Below, one piece after another: positions 43,235 through 52,590 of a DNA stretch of 64,000 nt. The stretch is from Nitrospirota bacterium (lineage in GTDB: Bacteria > Nitrospirota > UBA9217), in the NCBI GenBank assembly GCA_963663225.1, contig OY760142.1, positions 2,080,001-2,144,000 of the forward strand, given 5' to 3'. The first letter of the stretch is position 1; each line of letters opens with the position of its first letter. Under the pieces are notes generated by a model, which saw nothing but the letters and a program-made list of their open reading frames with translations, was not told where the DNA came from and did no database searches. Position numbers and translations under genes: made by a program.

Positions 43235-43720
43235 CTATGCCTGTTGTTTTATTTTTTGGATTATCTCCGTCAGGAGTTCCTGCATGTTGATTTGGAGCTG
43301 GATAACATCCGGCGGCAGATGTTTCTCAAAGCGGTATTCTCCGTCACTCCACAAAAAAAGACTGTAAATAATATCCCGCACCTGCATTTTGAGGCCGGTA
43401 AAAAGATCTTTGGGAGTGACAAAACCGTTTTCCACAAGAATGGCTCCCAATTTTTTAAGACCGGCGCTTTTTTTAAGCAACTGTACGGCGTGTTCAAGGT
43501 TTCCAATGCTGAGTTTGTTGCTTTTAACTAGAACTTCACCAAGTCTGTCGTTGGAATCCGTTGACGCGGCAAAGACTATTTTACCGGATTTCATGTAGAT
43601 GGACTTTACTGTATCGCCATTGCGGATTGTCAACGTCCCCGTTGCCTGACCTTGGCGCAGTTCCTCCAAGATAATGGGCAGCGGAACGGTTTGAATGTCT
43701 CCAGAAAGAGGAATAGGCAT
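43235..43720 (-). CDS. DUF4388 (PatA N-terminal-like) domain protein
   Basis: LSGDIQTVPLP, TGTLTI, RLGEVLV, KLGAILV, LFLWSDGEYRF. Confidence 0.8.
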   Translation of the reverse strand: MPIPLSGDIQTVPLPIILEELRQGQATGTLTIRNGDTVKSIYMKSGKIVFAASTDSNDRLGEVLVKSNKLSIGNLEHAVQLLKKSAGLKKLGAILVENGFVTPKDLFTGLKMQVRDIIYSLFLWSDGEYRFEKHLPPDVIQLQINMQELLTEIIQKIKQQA

Positions 43721-43809
43721 AAAAAAAATTATCGTATCACAGTATGGTAAACGATATGTGCTGGTTAAAGATGGTTATTTACACGTTTTCGTAAATCTGA
43801 AGAGGCAAT

Positions 43810-44436
43810 TTAAAATTCGAATCGGATTCCCGTTCCGCCTACCGTGGTTCTCCCTGTTTTTACTTCAAGCATGGCCATGAATTTCTGTGTTATTTTCCAT
43901 TCGAGGCCGGCAAAAACGTTTATATTCGTCTGGTCATCAGAAAGGAAGGAACCAAAGAGTGAAGATACTTGGAGCCCTCCGTACGGGGTGAATTTATAAC
44001 CTCTTTCCGTGAGGAGGAAACTTTTGCTGAAAATGGTGGAGAACTTTATTTCGCTTACATTTCTTCTGCTGATAATTAGTGAATCAAAGCCTAAATCCGC
44101 CGCCAGGGCCAGTGGAATCCCGGGTGTTTCTTTAATTAATTGATATTTCAGATCCACACCGGCAAGGGCTCCGACTTTATCGTCCGGCCGGACATTGGTG
44201 ACTGCACCGAATTTTGCTCCTACTTCGAACAGCGCCCCGAGTCCATGGCGGACTGCCGGGTAAAAACTGTTATACTGCCTGTCCAGGGAGAAAAAAACGC
44301 CAACCTGGGTCATGCCCTGGTCGAGGCTCTGCGCGGTTATAAATTCATTCTGGGTGATCGAAAATGCGTCTGCCGGTCCGGTGAATACACACAGGGAGAT
44401 GGAGGCAATAAAAAGAAACAGGCAAAGTTTTTTCAT
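43810..44436 (-). CDS. Putative outer-membrane beta-barrel protein
   Basis: Signal peptide (ADA), alternating beta strands, C-terminal GIRFEF. Confidence 0.68.
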   Translation of the reverse strand: MKKLCLFLFIASISLCVFTGPADAFSITQNEFITAQSLDQGMTQVGVFFSLDRQYNSFYPAVRHGLGALFEVGAKFGAVTNVRPDDKVGALAGVDLKYQLIKETPGIPLALAADLGFDSLIISRRNVSEIKFSTIFSKSFLLTERGYKFTPYGGLQVSSLFGSFLSDDQTNINVFAGLEWKITQKFMAMLEVKTGRTTVGGTGIRFEF

Positions 44437-44538
44437 CGTGAGGACCTCCTTTTAAACATATCAAAAAAAATATAGCATCAAACTGAAAAATTGACAAGAA
44501 AAAAAGGTGAAATGGCTGAAGTGGAGATGGATAAGACG

Positions 44539-44570
44539 AAAAAAGCAGGATGTTCAGAAGTCATCCTGCC
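44539..44570 (-). terminator. Terminator downstream of the HNH gene
   Basis: Minus strand GCAGGATG...CATCCTGC followed by TTTTTT. Confidence 0.65.
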
Positions 44571-44584
44571 AGATATTGCTGATA

Positions 44585-44713
44585 TGCAGTAGTCATGATA
44601 GGAGAAAGGACCATGATTCAGCAGCAGTATATCATAAATAGAAAGCTCAACATCCAGGACTTAGGCAAAACACTCGGTAATATCAGATAGGCCAAAGGAT
44701 CTTGACTACTCCA
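44585..44713 (+). mobile_element. Internally deleted IS481-family remnant (MITE-like)
   Basis: 15-bp inverted repeats TGCAGTAGTCATGAT / ATCTTGACTACTCCA (13/15) enclose an RBS and a 25-codon ORF MIQQQYIINRKLNIQDLGKTLGNIR (44613-44690) resembling IS481 transposase N-termini. Confidence 0.6.
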
Positions 44714-44783
44714 TTCAGTAATAAATCGGAACACGATGCACGTTCTTGGCTGAACAAGATGTGTATCTAGGCAAAGGCGCTGC

Positions 44784-45320
44784 TCATCCATCCTTGTTCA
44801 ATTCTACGTTCCAGTAGAGGTAGTCATGCCAGCTCAGCGGAGCATTTTTTATTCCGATGGTAAGGGTGACCACCGGCATCCACCGCGGCTTTAACGGTTG
44901 TCTGATCAGACGCATGCGCGCTTCCTGCGGTGTCCGTCCTCCTTTCCTGTTATTGCAGGCAAGACAGGCGGTAACGATGTTTTCCCATGTCGCTTCCCCT
45001 CCCTGAACCTGCGGCAGAACGTGGTCGAACGTGAGATCCTCGGCCGGATATTTGATGCCGCAGTATTGACAGGTATATTTATCCCGCTGGTAGATATTGG
45101 CCCGTGAGAAGCGGACTTCTCTTTTCGCGCGTTTGATCTTTACGAGTTTCAGCAGACGAAGAATGGAGGGTAGCTTGAAGGTGATGGACACACCCCGGAT
45201 GTCCCGGTCATACGAGTCAATTACTTCTACTTTGCCCTGGGTGAGCAGGGTAATCGCCCGTTGCCATGAAATGATCTTTAACGGTTCAAATGTTGCGTTC
45301 AGAAGGAGCGTTCGTTCCAT
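44784..45320 (-). CDS. Stand-alone HNH endonuclease
   Basis: LLLNATFEPL, RDKYTCQYCG, DHVLP, WENIVTACLACNNRKG. Confidence 0.9.
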   Translation of the reverse strand: MERTLLLNATFEPLKIISWQRAITLLTQGKVEVIDSYDRDIRGVSITFKLPSILRLLKLVKIKRAKREVRFSRANIYQRDKYTCQYCGIKYPAEDLTFDHVLPQVQGGEATWENIVTACLACNNRKGGRTPQEARMRLIRQPLKPRWMPVVTLTIGIKNAPLSWHDYLYWNVELNKDG

Positions 45321-45458
45321 TGCAACCTCGAGGCAAAAGAAAAACAGCTCTTGGTGTTCCGAAGACCATGGGTGCGCTCAGTTTGTGTAATGCTTAATTA
45401 TCAAAATACAAAAAACAGTATGATTTGTCAATAGGTTTGAAAAACCGTATAATACGCC

Positions 45459-46325
45459 ATGGCTGATTCCGAAGAAAGACGGATCGAACAGGCACGATCG
45501 GCCCGCAGGGAAGGGATTGCCGAATTCCTTCACGATATCTCTCCGGCTGTCATCAGGGTATTGATCCAAAATAGACACCTGTCAGAAGATGATATTCTTG
45601 TCATCGCAAGCAGAAAAAATCTGCCGGGCGACATTTTTGAATCGATTGCCAAAGACCCGCGATGGATTGAAAATTATCCGATTCGGCTGGCGATCGCCAA
45701 AAACCCCAAAACCCCGCTTTCTACCTCACTGACGATTGCGCGGTACCTCCGCCTGTTCGATCTTGCTGAATTAACGCGCAACCGCTTCCTCCCTCTTGTT
45801 TTCCGGCATAAGATTGAGTCCATTATTATGGAAAAAATCCCTTCTATGGCGCTTGGCGTCAAGAAGACACTTTCCAAAATCGTGTCCGGAGAAGTGCTTC
45901 TCAGGCTTATTCAGGAAGGTTATCCCGATGTGGTCAAACTCTGTCTCGACAGCCCTTATCTTCAGGAATCCCAGCTTTATAAGGCAATCAGCCGGCACAG
46001 TACGAAGCCGGGAACCATCAAGGCGATAGCTGAGCACCCAAACTGGTCAAGCCGCTCCCTTATCAAACGTGCTCTCATTCATAATGAACATACACCGCTT
46101 TCGCTCTCTGTCAGATTTCTCGGTGTGTTGAAAGTTGGAGATCTGCGTGAAGTCTATGCCGATCCGTCTGTTCCGGTGACCATCAAGCCATTTATTTACC
46201 GGGAGCTTTGGGAGCGGGGCGAGGAACCGAATAAGCCAGGAGAAGAACGGATATACGAAGTCAATGAGGAAGACGAACAGGCACTCGAAGAGTTCAATGG
46301 TACGCTGGAGAGTCCGGACAAATAA
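45459..46325 (+). CDS. Hypothetical helical-repeat (LRV-like) protein
   Basis: Duplicated IAKDPRW...LAIAKNPKTPL / IAEHPNW...ALIHNEHTPL units; acidic tail. Confidence 0.7.
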   Translation: MADSEERRIEQARSARREGIAEFLHDISPAVIRVLIQNRHLSEDDILVIASRKNLPGDIFESIAKDPRWIENYPIRLAIAKNPKTPLSTSLTIARYLRLFDLAELTRNRFLPLVFRHKIESIIMEKIPSMALGVKKTLSKIVSGEVLLRLIQEGYPDVVKLCLDSPYLQESQLYKAISRHSTKPGTIKAIAEHPNWSSRSLIKRALIHNEHTPLSLSVRFLGVLKVGDLREVYADPSVPVTIKPFIYRELWERGEEPNKPGEERIYEVNEEDEQALEEFNGTLESPDK

Positions 46326-46351
46326 CTGATAAAATTGCTTTGCAGTTCGTG

Positions 46352-49192
46352 CTATTTCTTTTTGGATGTACAACGGTCCACAAGATACGCAATCGACTGG
46401 TAGCTGATGCCGCTGTGGACGGAGAGGCCGATTTCGCACGTCCTGTTGTTTGAATAGCCTCCTGCAGTAAACGGCGGCAGTGACGGTTTCAGGTCCGCAA
46501 GGGCGCTCGCGTTGAGCTCCGGATAGTTGAAACCCCGGTCACCTGCAAACCCGCAGCATCCGACCCGGGCAGGGATGACCACGGTATCGGCACATGCCTG
46601 CCCGAGGATTTTAAACTTTTCCAATTGCCCCATTTTGAGTGAAGAGCAGGGGACATGCAGCGCGATCGTTTCGTGCTGCTTCACGAAGTCCAGCTTATCC
46701 ATCAGAAAAGTCACAATAAACTCCACAGGTTCATACAATGTTGTGGCCGGATGGAATGTACGACGCATGCGGTAGAGGCATGTACTGGTGTCGCAGAGGA
46801 TGGGATATTTCCCTCCCTCGTTTGCTTCAAGAAGCGCCTGTTCGAGTTCTGTACTTTTCCGGTCTGCCTGTTCGAAGAACCCTTTGCTTTCAAAAGGGGT
46901 CCCGCAGCAAAGGTTCTCAATGTTTTTCGGAAAAATGACGTCAAAACCGGCCTTGTCAAGAACAGAAAGCATTGCTTCATAGACTGCCCGCGGGTCGGTA
47001 TCTTTTTGTGCTGGGCCCATGGTTCGGGCAATGCAACTTGGGAAATAGACCACTTTATTCGGTGATCCCTTGCGAACTGTTTCGAATGATCGCTTCGGCG
47101 CTCCGGTCGGCATCCAGCTGGTCCAGAGCGGAATTCTGTTGCCGGACAGCACGCGTACAGCCGACGCGATTCCCCCCATGAGTGTTGTCCCGAGAATAGT
47201 GTGTATCGCGTGCGTTGCCTTCAGTCCGGACCGCAGCATACCGACGACCAAGGCGTAATGATCCGCAACCCGGCGGGCAATGCTTTTGCTCAGCGAGGTG
47301 TTTTGCTCAGATCGAAGAAACTCCGTAAAGTCACCGGTGTTGATCTCCACCGGGCAGGCCGTGGCGCACATGCCGTCAGCAGCGCAAGTTTGTTCGCCCA
47401 GATAGGAATACAGCTGCTTCAGCTCTGCAAGACGCTCGGGATCTTCGTGAGAAGCGGTCAACCGGGATATTTCACGGGACACGGTAATGCGCTGGCGCGG
47501 CGTGGTGGAAAGATTGCGCGACGGACAGTGCGGCTCGCAGAAGCCGCATTCGATGCATTTGTCCACCAGTTCATGGGTGGCCGGCAACGGTTTTAAGTTT
47601 TCAATATACGCCCGTGGATTGTCATTGATGACGGCGCCCGGATTCAGGAGATTATGGGGATCGAATGCTTTTTTAATGCGTTTCATCAACTCATACGCTT
47701 TGCTGCCCCACTCGAATTCCACAAACGGGGCCATGTTGCGTCCGGTGCCGTGCTCGGCTTTGAGCGATCCGTCATATTTTTTGACAACCATGTGGTTGAC
47801 TTCTTCCATGAACTTTCGGTAGCGTTCAACCTCTTCCGGAGAACTGAAATCCGGAGTCAGGATAAAATGCAGGTTGCCTTCGAGCGCGTGGCCGAAAATA
47901 ATGCCTTCTTTATATTTGTACTTTTGCATGATACCTTGCAGCTCAATGGTTCCCTTTGCGAGAGAATCGATCGGAAAGGCAATATCCTCGAGAATCAAGG
48001 CCGTCCCGAGCTTGTGTGCCGCACCCGCAGACGGGATGAGGCCTTTCCGGATGTTCCACAATTGGTCATATTCCCGGCTCACATCCGTGAAGACGATGGG
48101 GAATTTGGTCTGAACCGGCTGCAGCGCGTTTATAATGCGGTCTATTTGCAGGCCAAGTGAGTTTTTGTCACCCGCCCGCGTTTCCACCAGCAGTGCGGCT
48201 GTGCCAGGATCAAGTGTTTTTAAATATGCAGGAACACCTTCCTTGTCGGCCACGGATATCAACGAGGCATAGTCCATGAGCTCCACTGCGTATGCCAGGC
48301 CGCTCTTGCGAAGAATGATGGTTCCGGTGCAGGCCGACTCCACGCTGGGGAAGATAATAAGACTGCTTGCCTTATAGGGGTGCTCGATGACCGTCTTCAG
48401 GGTCAGTCCTGCGATAAAAGCGAGCGTGCCTTCCGATCCTATCACCAGATGCATTATAATGTCGATGGGGTTGCTGAAATCGACGAAGGCGTTCATGCTG
48501 TAGCCGGTTGTGTTCTTGATTTTATATTTATCGATAATGCGCTGACGAAGTTGAGGATCAGCCTGTATTTCATCACGAATGCATTCGATTTCCTGCACCA
48601 AATCTTTATGGGTTTCGAGAAATGCCGAGCAAGAGGAGGGGGCCGCCGTATCAAGCATGCTGCCGTCGGAGAACAGCATTTTTATATGCTCCACTGTTTT
48701 ATAGGCGGTTTGCGCCGTTCCGCAGCACATGCCGCTGGAGTTGTTTGCTGCAATGCCGCCGATCATGCAGGCATTGATCGAGGAAGGGTCGGGTCCGATT
48801 TTTCTGCCGAAGGGCTGAAGCAGTGCATTTGCTTCAGCGCCGATGATGCCGGGTTCAAGCGCGATTTTCTCGCCATGCTCAAGAATCCGGTAGTCTCGCC
48901 ATGCTCCTGCGAGGACTAAAAGCACCGAATCGGAGACCGCTTGCCCGGACAGGCTGGTTCCGGCGGTACGGAAGGTTACCGGCACGCGCAGCTTGTTTGC
49001 GATGCCCAAAATCCTCAATACTTCATCTATAGTCAGGACTCTAACTACTATTTTAGGGATGAGGCGATAAAAGCTGGCATTGGTCCCGAACGCAAGAGTG
49101 CGCAAAGGGTCGGTAAAACATCGTGAAGCGGGGATAAAGGATGCCAGTTCCTTGTGGAATTGCTGATACGTCCCGTCGAGACGATTGTGCAT
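46352..49192 (-). CDS. FAD- and Fe-S-binding oxidoreductase (D-lactate dehydrogenase, Dld-II-like)
   Basis: AGTSLSGQ, GPDPSS, GMCCG, SLKAEHGTGRN, CIECGFCE, CCG domains. Confidence 0.88.
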   Translation of the reverse strand: MHNRLDGTYQQFHKELASFIPASRCFTDPLRTLAFGTNASFYRLIPKIVVRVLTIDEVLRILGIANKLRVPVTFRTAGTSLSGQAVSDSVLLVLAGAWRDYRILEHGEKIALEPGIIGAEANALLQPFGRKIGPDPSSINACMIGGIAANNSSGMCCGTAQTAYKTVEHIKMLFSDGSMLDTAAPSSCSAFLETHKDLVQEIECIRDEIQADPQLRQRIIDKYKIKNTTGYSMNAFVDFSNPIDIIMHLVIGSEGTLAFIAGLTLKTVIEHPYKASSLIIFPSVESACTGTIILRKSGLAYAVELMDYASLISVADKEGVPAYLKTLDPGTAALLVETRAGDKNSLGLQIDRIINALQPVQTKFPIVFTDVSREYDQLWNIRKGLIPSAGAAHKLGTALILEDIAFPIDSLAKGTIELQGIMQKYKYKEGIIFGHALEGNLHFILTPDFSSPEEVERYRKFMEEVNHMVVKKYDGSLKAEHGTGRNMAPFVEFEWGSKAYELMKRIKKAFDPHNLLNPGAVINDNPRAYIENLKPLPATHELVDKCIECGFCEPHCPSRNLSTTPRQRITVSREISRLTASHEDPERLAELKQLYSYLGEQTCAADGMCATACPVEINTGDFTEFLRSEQNTSLSKSIARRVADHYALVVGMLRSGLKATHAIHTILGTTLMGGIASAVRVLSGNRIPLWTSWMPTGAPKRSFETVRKGSPNKVVYFPSCIARTMGPAQKDTDPRAVYEAMLSVLDKAGFDVIFPKNIENLCCGTPFESKGFFEQADRKSTELEQALLEANEGGKYPILCDTSTCLYRMRRTFHPATTLYEPVEFIVTFLMDKLDFVKQHETIALHVPCSSLKMGQLEKFKILGQACADTVVIPARVGCCGFAGDRGFNYPELNASALADLKPSLPPFTAGGYSNNRTCEIGLSVHSGISYQSIAYLVDRCTSKKK

Positions 49193-49385
49193 ATGTTCAC
49201 CTCGCCCGATATTCCTGCGTTGCACGCTGTGCAGTTGCCTTCAGGAACACGATAAAAATCCTGTTCTGAACATATCATTGAATATCGTCCCAAGTATAGC
49301 ATGTTCTGAAAAAAATGACGGGAATCGCTGAGGACGAGCAGTGGTCAGTAGCTCAAGAAGGGAGATTTACAGAGAAGGGGGAACA

Positions 49386-50537
49386 CTACTTTATCATCTT
49401 GAGAGCCCACCCTTTCCCGACGGTAATAGCGCCGCGAGGGCAGAACTCCTGGCAGCAAAAGCAACGAATACAGTCGCGATACCGTATTTCCAGTCTTTTT
49501 CCTGCCATGCTGATTGCTTCCTGGGGGCAGTGGGCCTGGCAAATGCCGCATTGGGGACATCGACCGTGATTGATTACCGGTTTCGTGGTGAAAGCTTTTT
49601 TGAGTGTGCGCCGGAGCCACTCCGGGAGAGGCCATTCAGTGTGCATTGCCTGCGGGAGACGGAAGTTCTTAATTGCCACGCGCGCAGGGGACTCACCTCG
49701 TATCATGATCTGGTCAAGATCCGTTTGTCCGACGCCTGATGCGGCAGCGGTCCGTATGACGGGCAAGCTTTTCGGATCAATTCCCGCTACCAGCGCGGAC
49801 ACCACGTCCAGGGCGACCGCGTCTTGACCGGCGAGCACAACGCCTACCAGCCTGGGGTCGCCGCTGCCTGGGCCATTTCCTTCCATGCCGATCACAGCGT
49901 CCATGATCGAAAGACGCGGCTTGAGCAGGGCGTACAGCTCTACAATCATCTGCATGAAAAAATCGTGATTTATGCCTGCATTGAAATGCCATTGTACTTT
50001 GCGCTTTCCCGGAACACAGCCGAAAAGATTCTTGACAGCGCCGGTTATCGTTGTCATCCCGTGCGTCTTGAACTTTGGCAGGTTGATGATGGCATCTGCT
50101 TCATAAGCACTTCGCGAAACTTCGAACCGTTGAAAACGACCTGTATTTTTGACGGTGATTGTTTCATCGAAATCCGCAAGCGCGGCGTTCTCTTCACGAA
50201 GTACATCCATGATCCCGGATTTTTCGCAGACTTTCTTGAGATCGCCAAAACCGGGGCTGTCTCCCACCATAACGATGCCTTCCGCTTCGCGGACAAGAGA
50301 AATGACAGCCCGTACAATTTCTGGATGCGTGGTGACTGCTTCCTCAGGGCGGTTGGCTTTCAGGAGATTCGGCTTGAGAAGCACCCGTTCCCCTGGTTTT
50401 ATGAACGCCTGCATGCCACCGAGCAGGTCCACCGCCTGCCGGACAGCAGACAGGGTTTTTTCGCGCCCATAATCAGGACATCGTACAATCGAAATTTCTG
50501 ATTGCATGCTTGCATTCTTATTTTTCTTGGCCGTCAA
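49386..50537 (-). CDS. DUF362 domain protein with C-terminal 2x[4Fe-4S]
   Basis: LLKPNLL, TTHPE, PKFKTH, GMEGNGP; CPQCGICQAHCP and CIRCFCCQEFCP. Confidence 0.88.
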   Translation of the reverse strand: MTAKKNKNASMQSEISIVRCPDYGREKTLSAVRQAVDLLGGMQAFIKPGERVLLKPNLLKANRPEEAVTTHPEIVRAVISLVREAEGIVMVGDSPGFGDLKKVCEKSGIMDVLREENAALADFDETITVKNTGRFQRFEVSRSAYEADAIINLPKFKTHGMTTITGAVKNLFGCVPGKRKVQWHFNAGINHDFFMQMIVELYALLKPRLSIMDAVIGMEGNGPGSGDPRLVGVVLAGQDAVALDVVSALVAGIDPKSLPVIRTAAASGVGQTDLDQIMIRGESPARVAIKNFRLPQAMHTEWPLPEWLRRTLKKAFTTKPVINHGRCPQCGICQAHCPQEAISMAGKRLEIRYRDCIRCFCCQEFCPRGAITVGKGWALKMIK

Positions 50538-50646
50538 ACAGTTCTCCCAGTTCTTTTGATAAGTTTTTTTGCTCCGTATTGCATTTAACTTTATGCGTTC
50601 AATCGTGGCTACGAATATATTGGATCATGTGAAGGAGCAGGAGATA

Positions 50647-50889
50647 ATGCGTATACAATATGGCAACACCCTCTGTTTTTTTGAGCGGCTGCTTTGTAAA
50701 ACCGGAAGCTTTCTCGGCCCTTTCTGGGGCGCAGTTTTGATTTCTCTGAGCACCGGATTGGCGATATGGATGACCGGAGTGTTTATGAAGCAGTACAAAG
50801 CAGAAGCCACACTCGAAATCGGACACCAGGAGGAACGGATGCGCCCTGTCCGGAAAACAGAGGCCGTTTTTATGAGTTTTTTTGAATAG
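50647..50889 (+). CDS. Possible small membrane protein
   Basis: RBS AGGAG, ATG, one TM helix; 3' end overlaps the end of panE. Confidence 0.3.
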   Translation: MRIQYGNTLCFFERLLCKTGSFLGPFWGAVLISLSTGLAIWMTGVFMKQYKAEATLEIGHQEERMRPVRKTEAVFMSFFE

Positions 50890-51826
50890 CAGTATAGAGT
50901 TCCTCTGTAACAGGTGTTTTCACGCCGTATTTTTTGCCCAGCCGAAGAATTGTTTCACCGAACAAGTCTCCCTCGTTCTTCTTTCCAGCCTGTTCCAGGT
51001 CGCGCTGGTAGGAAGACTTTGATTCGTAGGGAAAGGTGAGTGCCTTGTCAAGATTTTCCTCGATAGTAGACTCGCGGAACTCCACGCCTTCAAACCGTGC
51101 TATTGCGATCAGTTCATTCATAACACCGCTGACTTTGTCCTTATATTCAGGCGTTTCCATTATCTTGCCGAAGGTCGCCCCGTACCGGCCGGTTACCAGC
51201 GCAAAAGGAGCTATAAAAAGATATTTTTTCCAGATTGCAGGAAAAGCATTATCAGTCCATTTGCAACTGATGTTTGCGTTCTTAAAGAGGTCAATAATGT
51301 TCTGGGGGACAATATCCGGATGTGCGGGATCCTTCCCGAATATAATCGTACCGACAGGCCCTTTCTGCGTGACGGTGCCTGGTTTCACAATATTCGAAAA
51401 CACGTAGACGCATGCCGGAAACACGATTCCGGCAGTCAGTATTTTCCTGATCCGCTGATGAATGTCCACACCGTTCAGCATCGGGATGATCATGGTGTCA
51501 GCTTTTACATGCGGAGCGATGGTTTTGACAGTCTCGTCGAGGTCGTAGCTTTTCACAGCGAGGAAAATAAGATCGATTGGCGGCAGCTCGTTGAAATGTT
51601 CCACTGCTCCGGTCGGTTTACATACCAGTCCCGAGCGGTCATGCGTATTCAGGATCAATCCGTTTTTCCTGATTTCCTGCAGATGCGTGCCTCTGCCGAG
51701 AAAATAAATTTCATGGTCTTTGTCATTTTGTTCAGCGATTTTGTTTGCGATGAGCCCCCCAAAATAGCCTCCGACTCCGCCGACTCCATAAACACAGATT
51801 CGTTTCAATTCCTTTTTCTCACTCAT
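50870..51826 (-). CDS. panE: 2-dehydropantoate 2-reductase
   Basis: GVGGVGGYFGG, AVKSYDL, NGVD, WKKYLFI, SSYQRD. Confidence 0.88.
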   Translation of the reverse strand: MSEKKELKRICVYGVGGVGGYFGGLIANKIAEQNDKDHEIYFLGRGTHLQEIRKNGLILNTHDRSGLVCKPTGAVEHFNELPPIDLIFLAVKSYDLDETVKTIAPHVKADTMIIPMLNGVDIHQRIRKILTAGIVFPACVYVFSNIVKPGTVTQKGPVGTIIFGKDPAHPDIVPQNIIDLFKNANISCKWTDNAFPAIWKKYLFIAPFALVTGRYGATFGKIMETPEYKDKVSGVMNELIAIARFEGVEFRESTIEENLDKALTFPYESKSSYQRDLEQAGKKNEGDLFGETILRLGKKYGVKTPVTEELYTAIQKNS

Positions 51827-52264
51827 GCCGTGCCTCCCCGGAAAAAACTGTGGATTTCTGAGATAGATTACCGTGGAATGAGCAAAATATCAAGTGCAAT
51901 ACGTCTCTTGTCTGGATCAATCGGTACTTCCGGATAGCCGCTCCTGCAATGACATCGCCACTCATTTTGATGTTTGCGCCGGGCATTATGGAGCGAAAAA
52001 CACAAAAAACAACTTTCCTTTGGCGGAACAAACAAATGAACAATTTCATGCTAAATTTACTTGATTTTTTCAGAAAAGGTATTATAATTTGTAAAATTCG
52101 CAGTTGTAAAGCGCTTGGTTTTTCATCAATTGATGCAAAAAGTACTTGGTGAAAACCTTTTTGCCGGTGCAGTATAAAAGTACGAAGTGCGCTTTTTTTA
52201 TATTTATCGTATCGCAAGCGCACTGTTGTTATATCCAAATCTTAGGAAGAAAGGGGGGAAAATA

Positions 52265-52441
52265 ATGAAGAAGATTTCTGCAATCATAGCAGCTCTTGCA
52301 GTTGTTGCGGTTTTTGCGTTAGTGGGTTGCCAGCAGCAGGCTCCTGCTCCAGCAACGAAGTCGGCAGTAACGTCCACCGTTACCTCGACCGCAACAGCAA
52401 CAGCACCTGCAGCAACACCGGCAGCACCCGTAAAGAAGTAA
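52265..52441 (+). CDS. Small Ala/Thr/Pro-rich lipoprotein (58 aa)
   Basis: RBS AAGGGGG, MKK, hydrophobic core, lipobox LVGC, low-complexity tail. Confidence 0.75.
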   Translation: MKKISAIIAALAVVAVFALVGCQQQAPAPATKSAVTSTVTSTATATAPAATPAAPVKK

Positions 52442-52469
52442 TTTTTTTTCTTGCAGGTCAAAACACGTA

Positions 52470-52504
52470 AGGCCCTTCGGCAGATCCGGAGGGCCTATTT
52501 TTTT
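52470..52504 (+). terminator. Rho-independent terminator
   Basis: AGGCCCTTCGG...CCGGAGGGCCT followed by ATTTTTTT. Confidence 0.75.
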
Positions 52505-52590
52505 GTGGCAAACGAACCTAACCGGCAACGATGCTGGTTCCCTGTCCGATACACTATGCTGCTCCGCAGCAGAAGTTGCCCGCTTCAGGA

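Noticed and set aside
44784-45320. HNH nuclease as a defence system or RNA-guided nuclease (IscB)
   Set aside because: No RuvC motifs, methylase or partner genes; matches the common stand-alone HNH family
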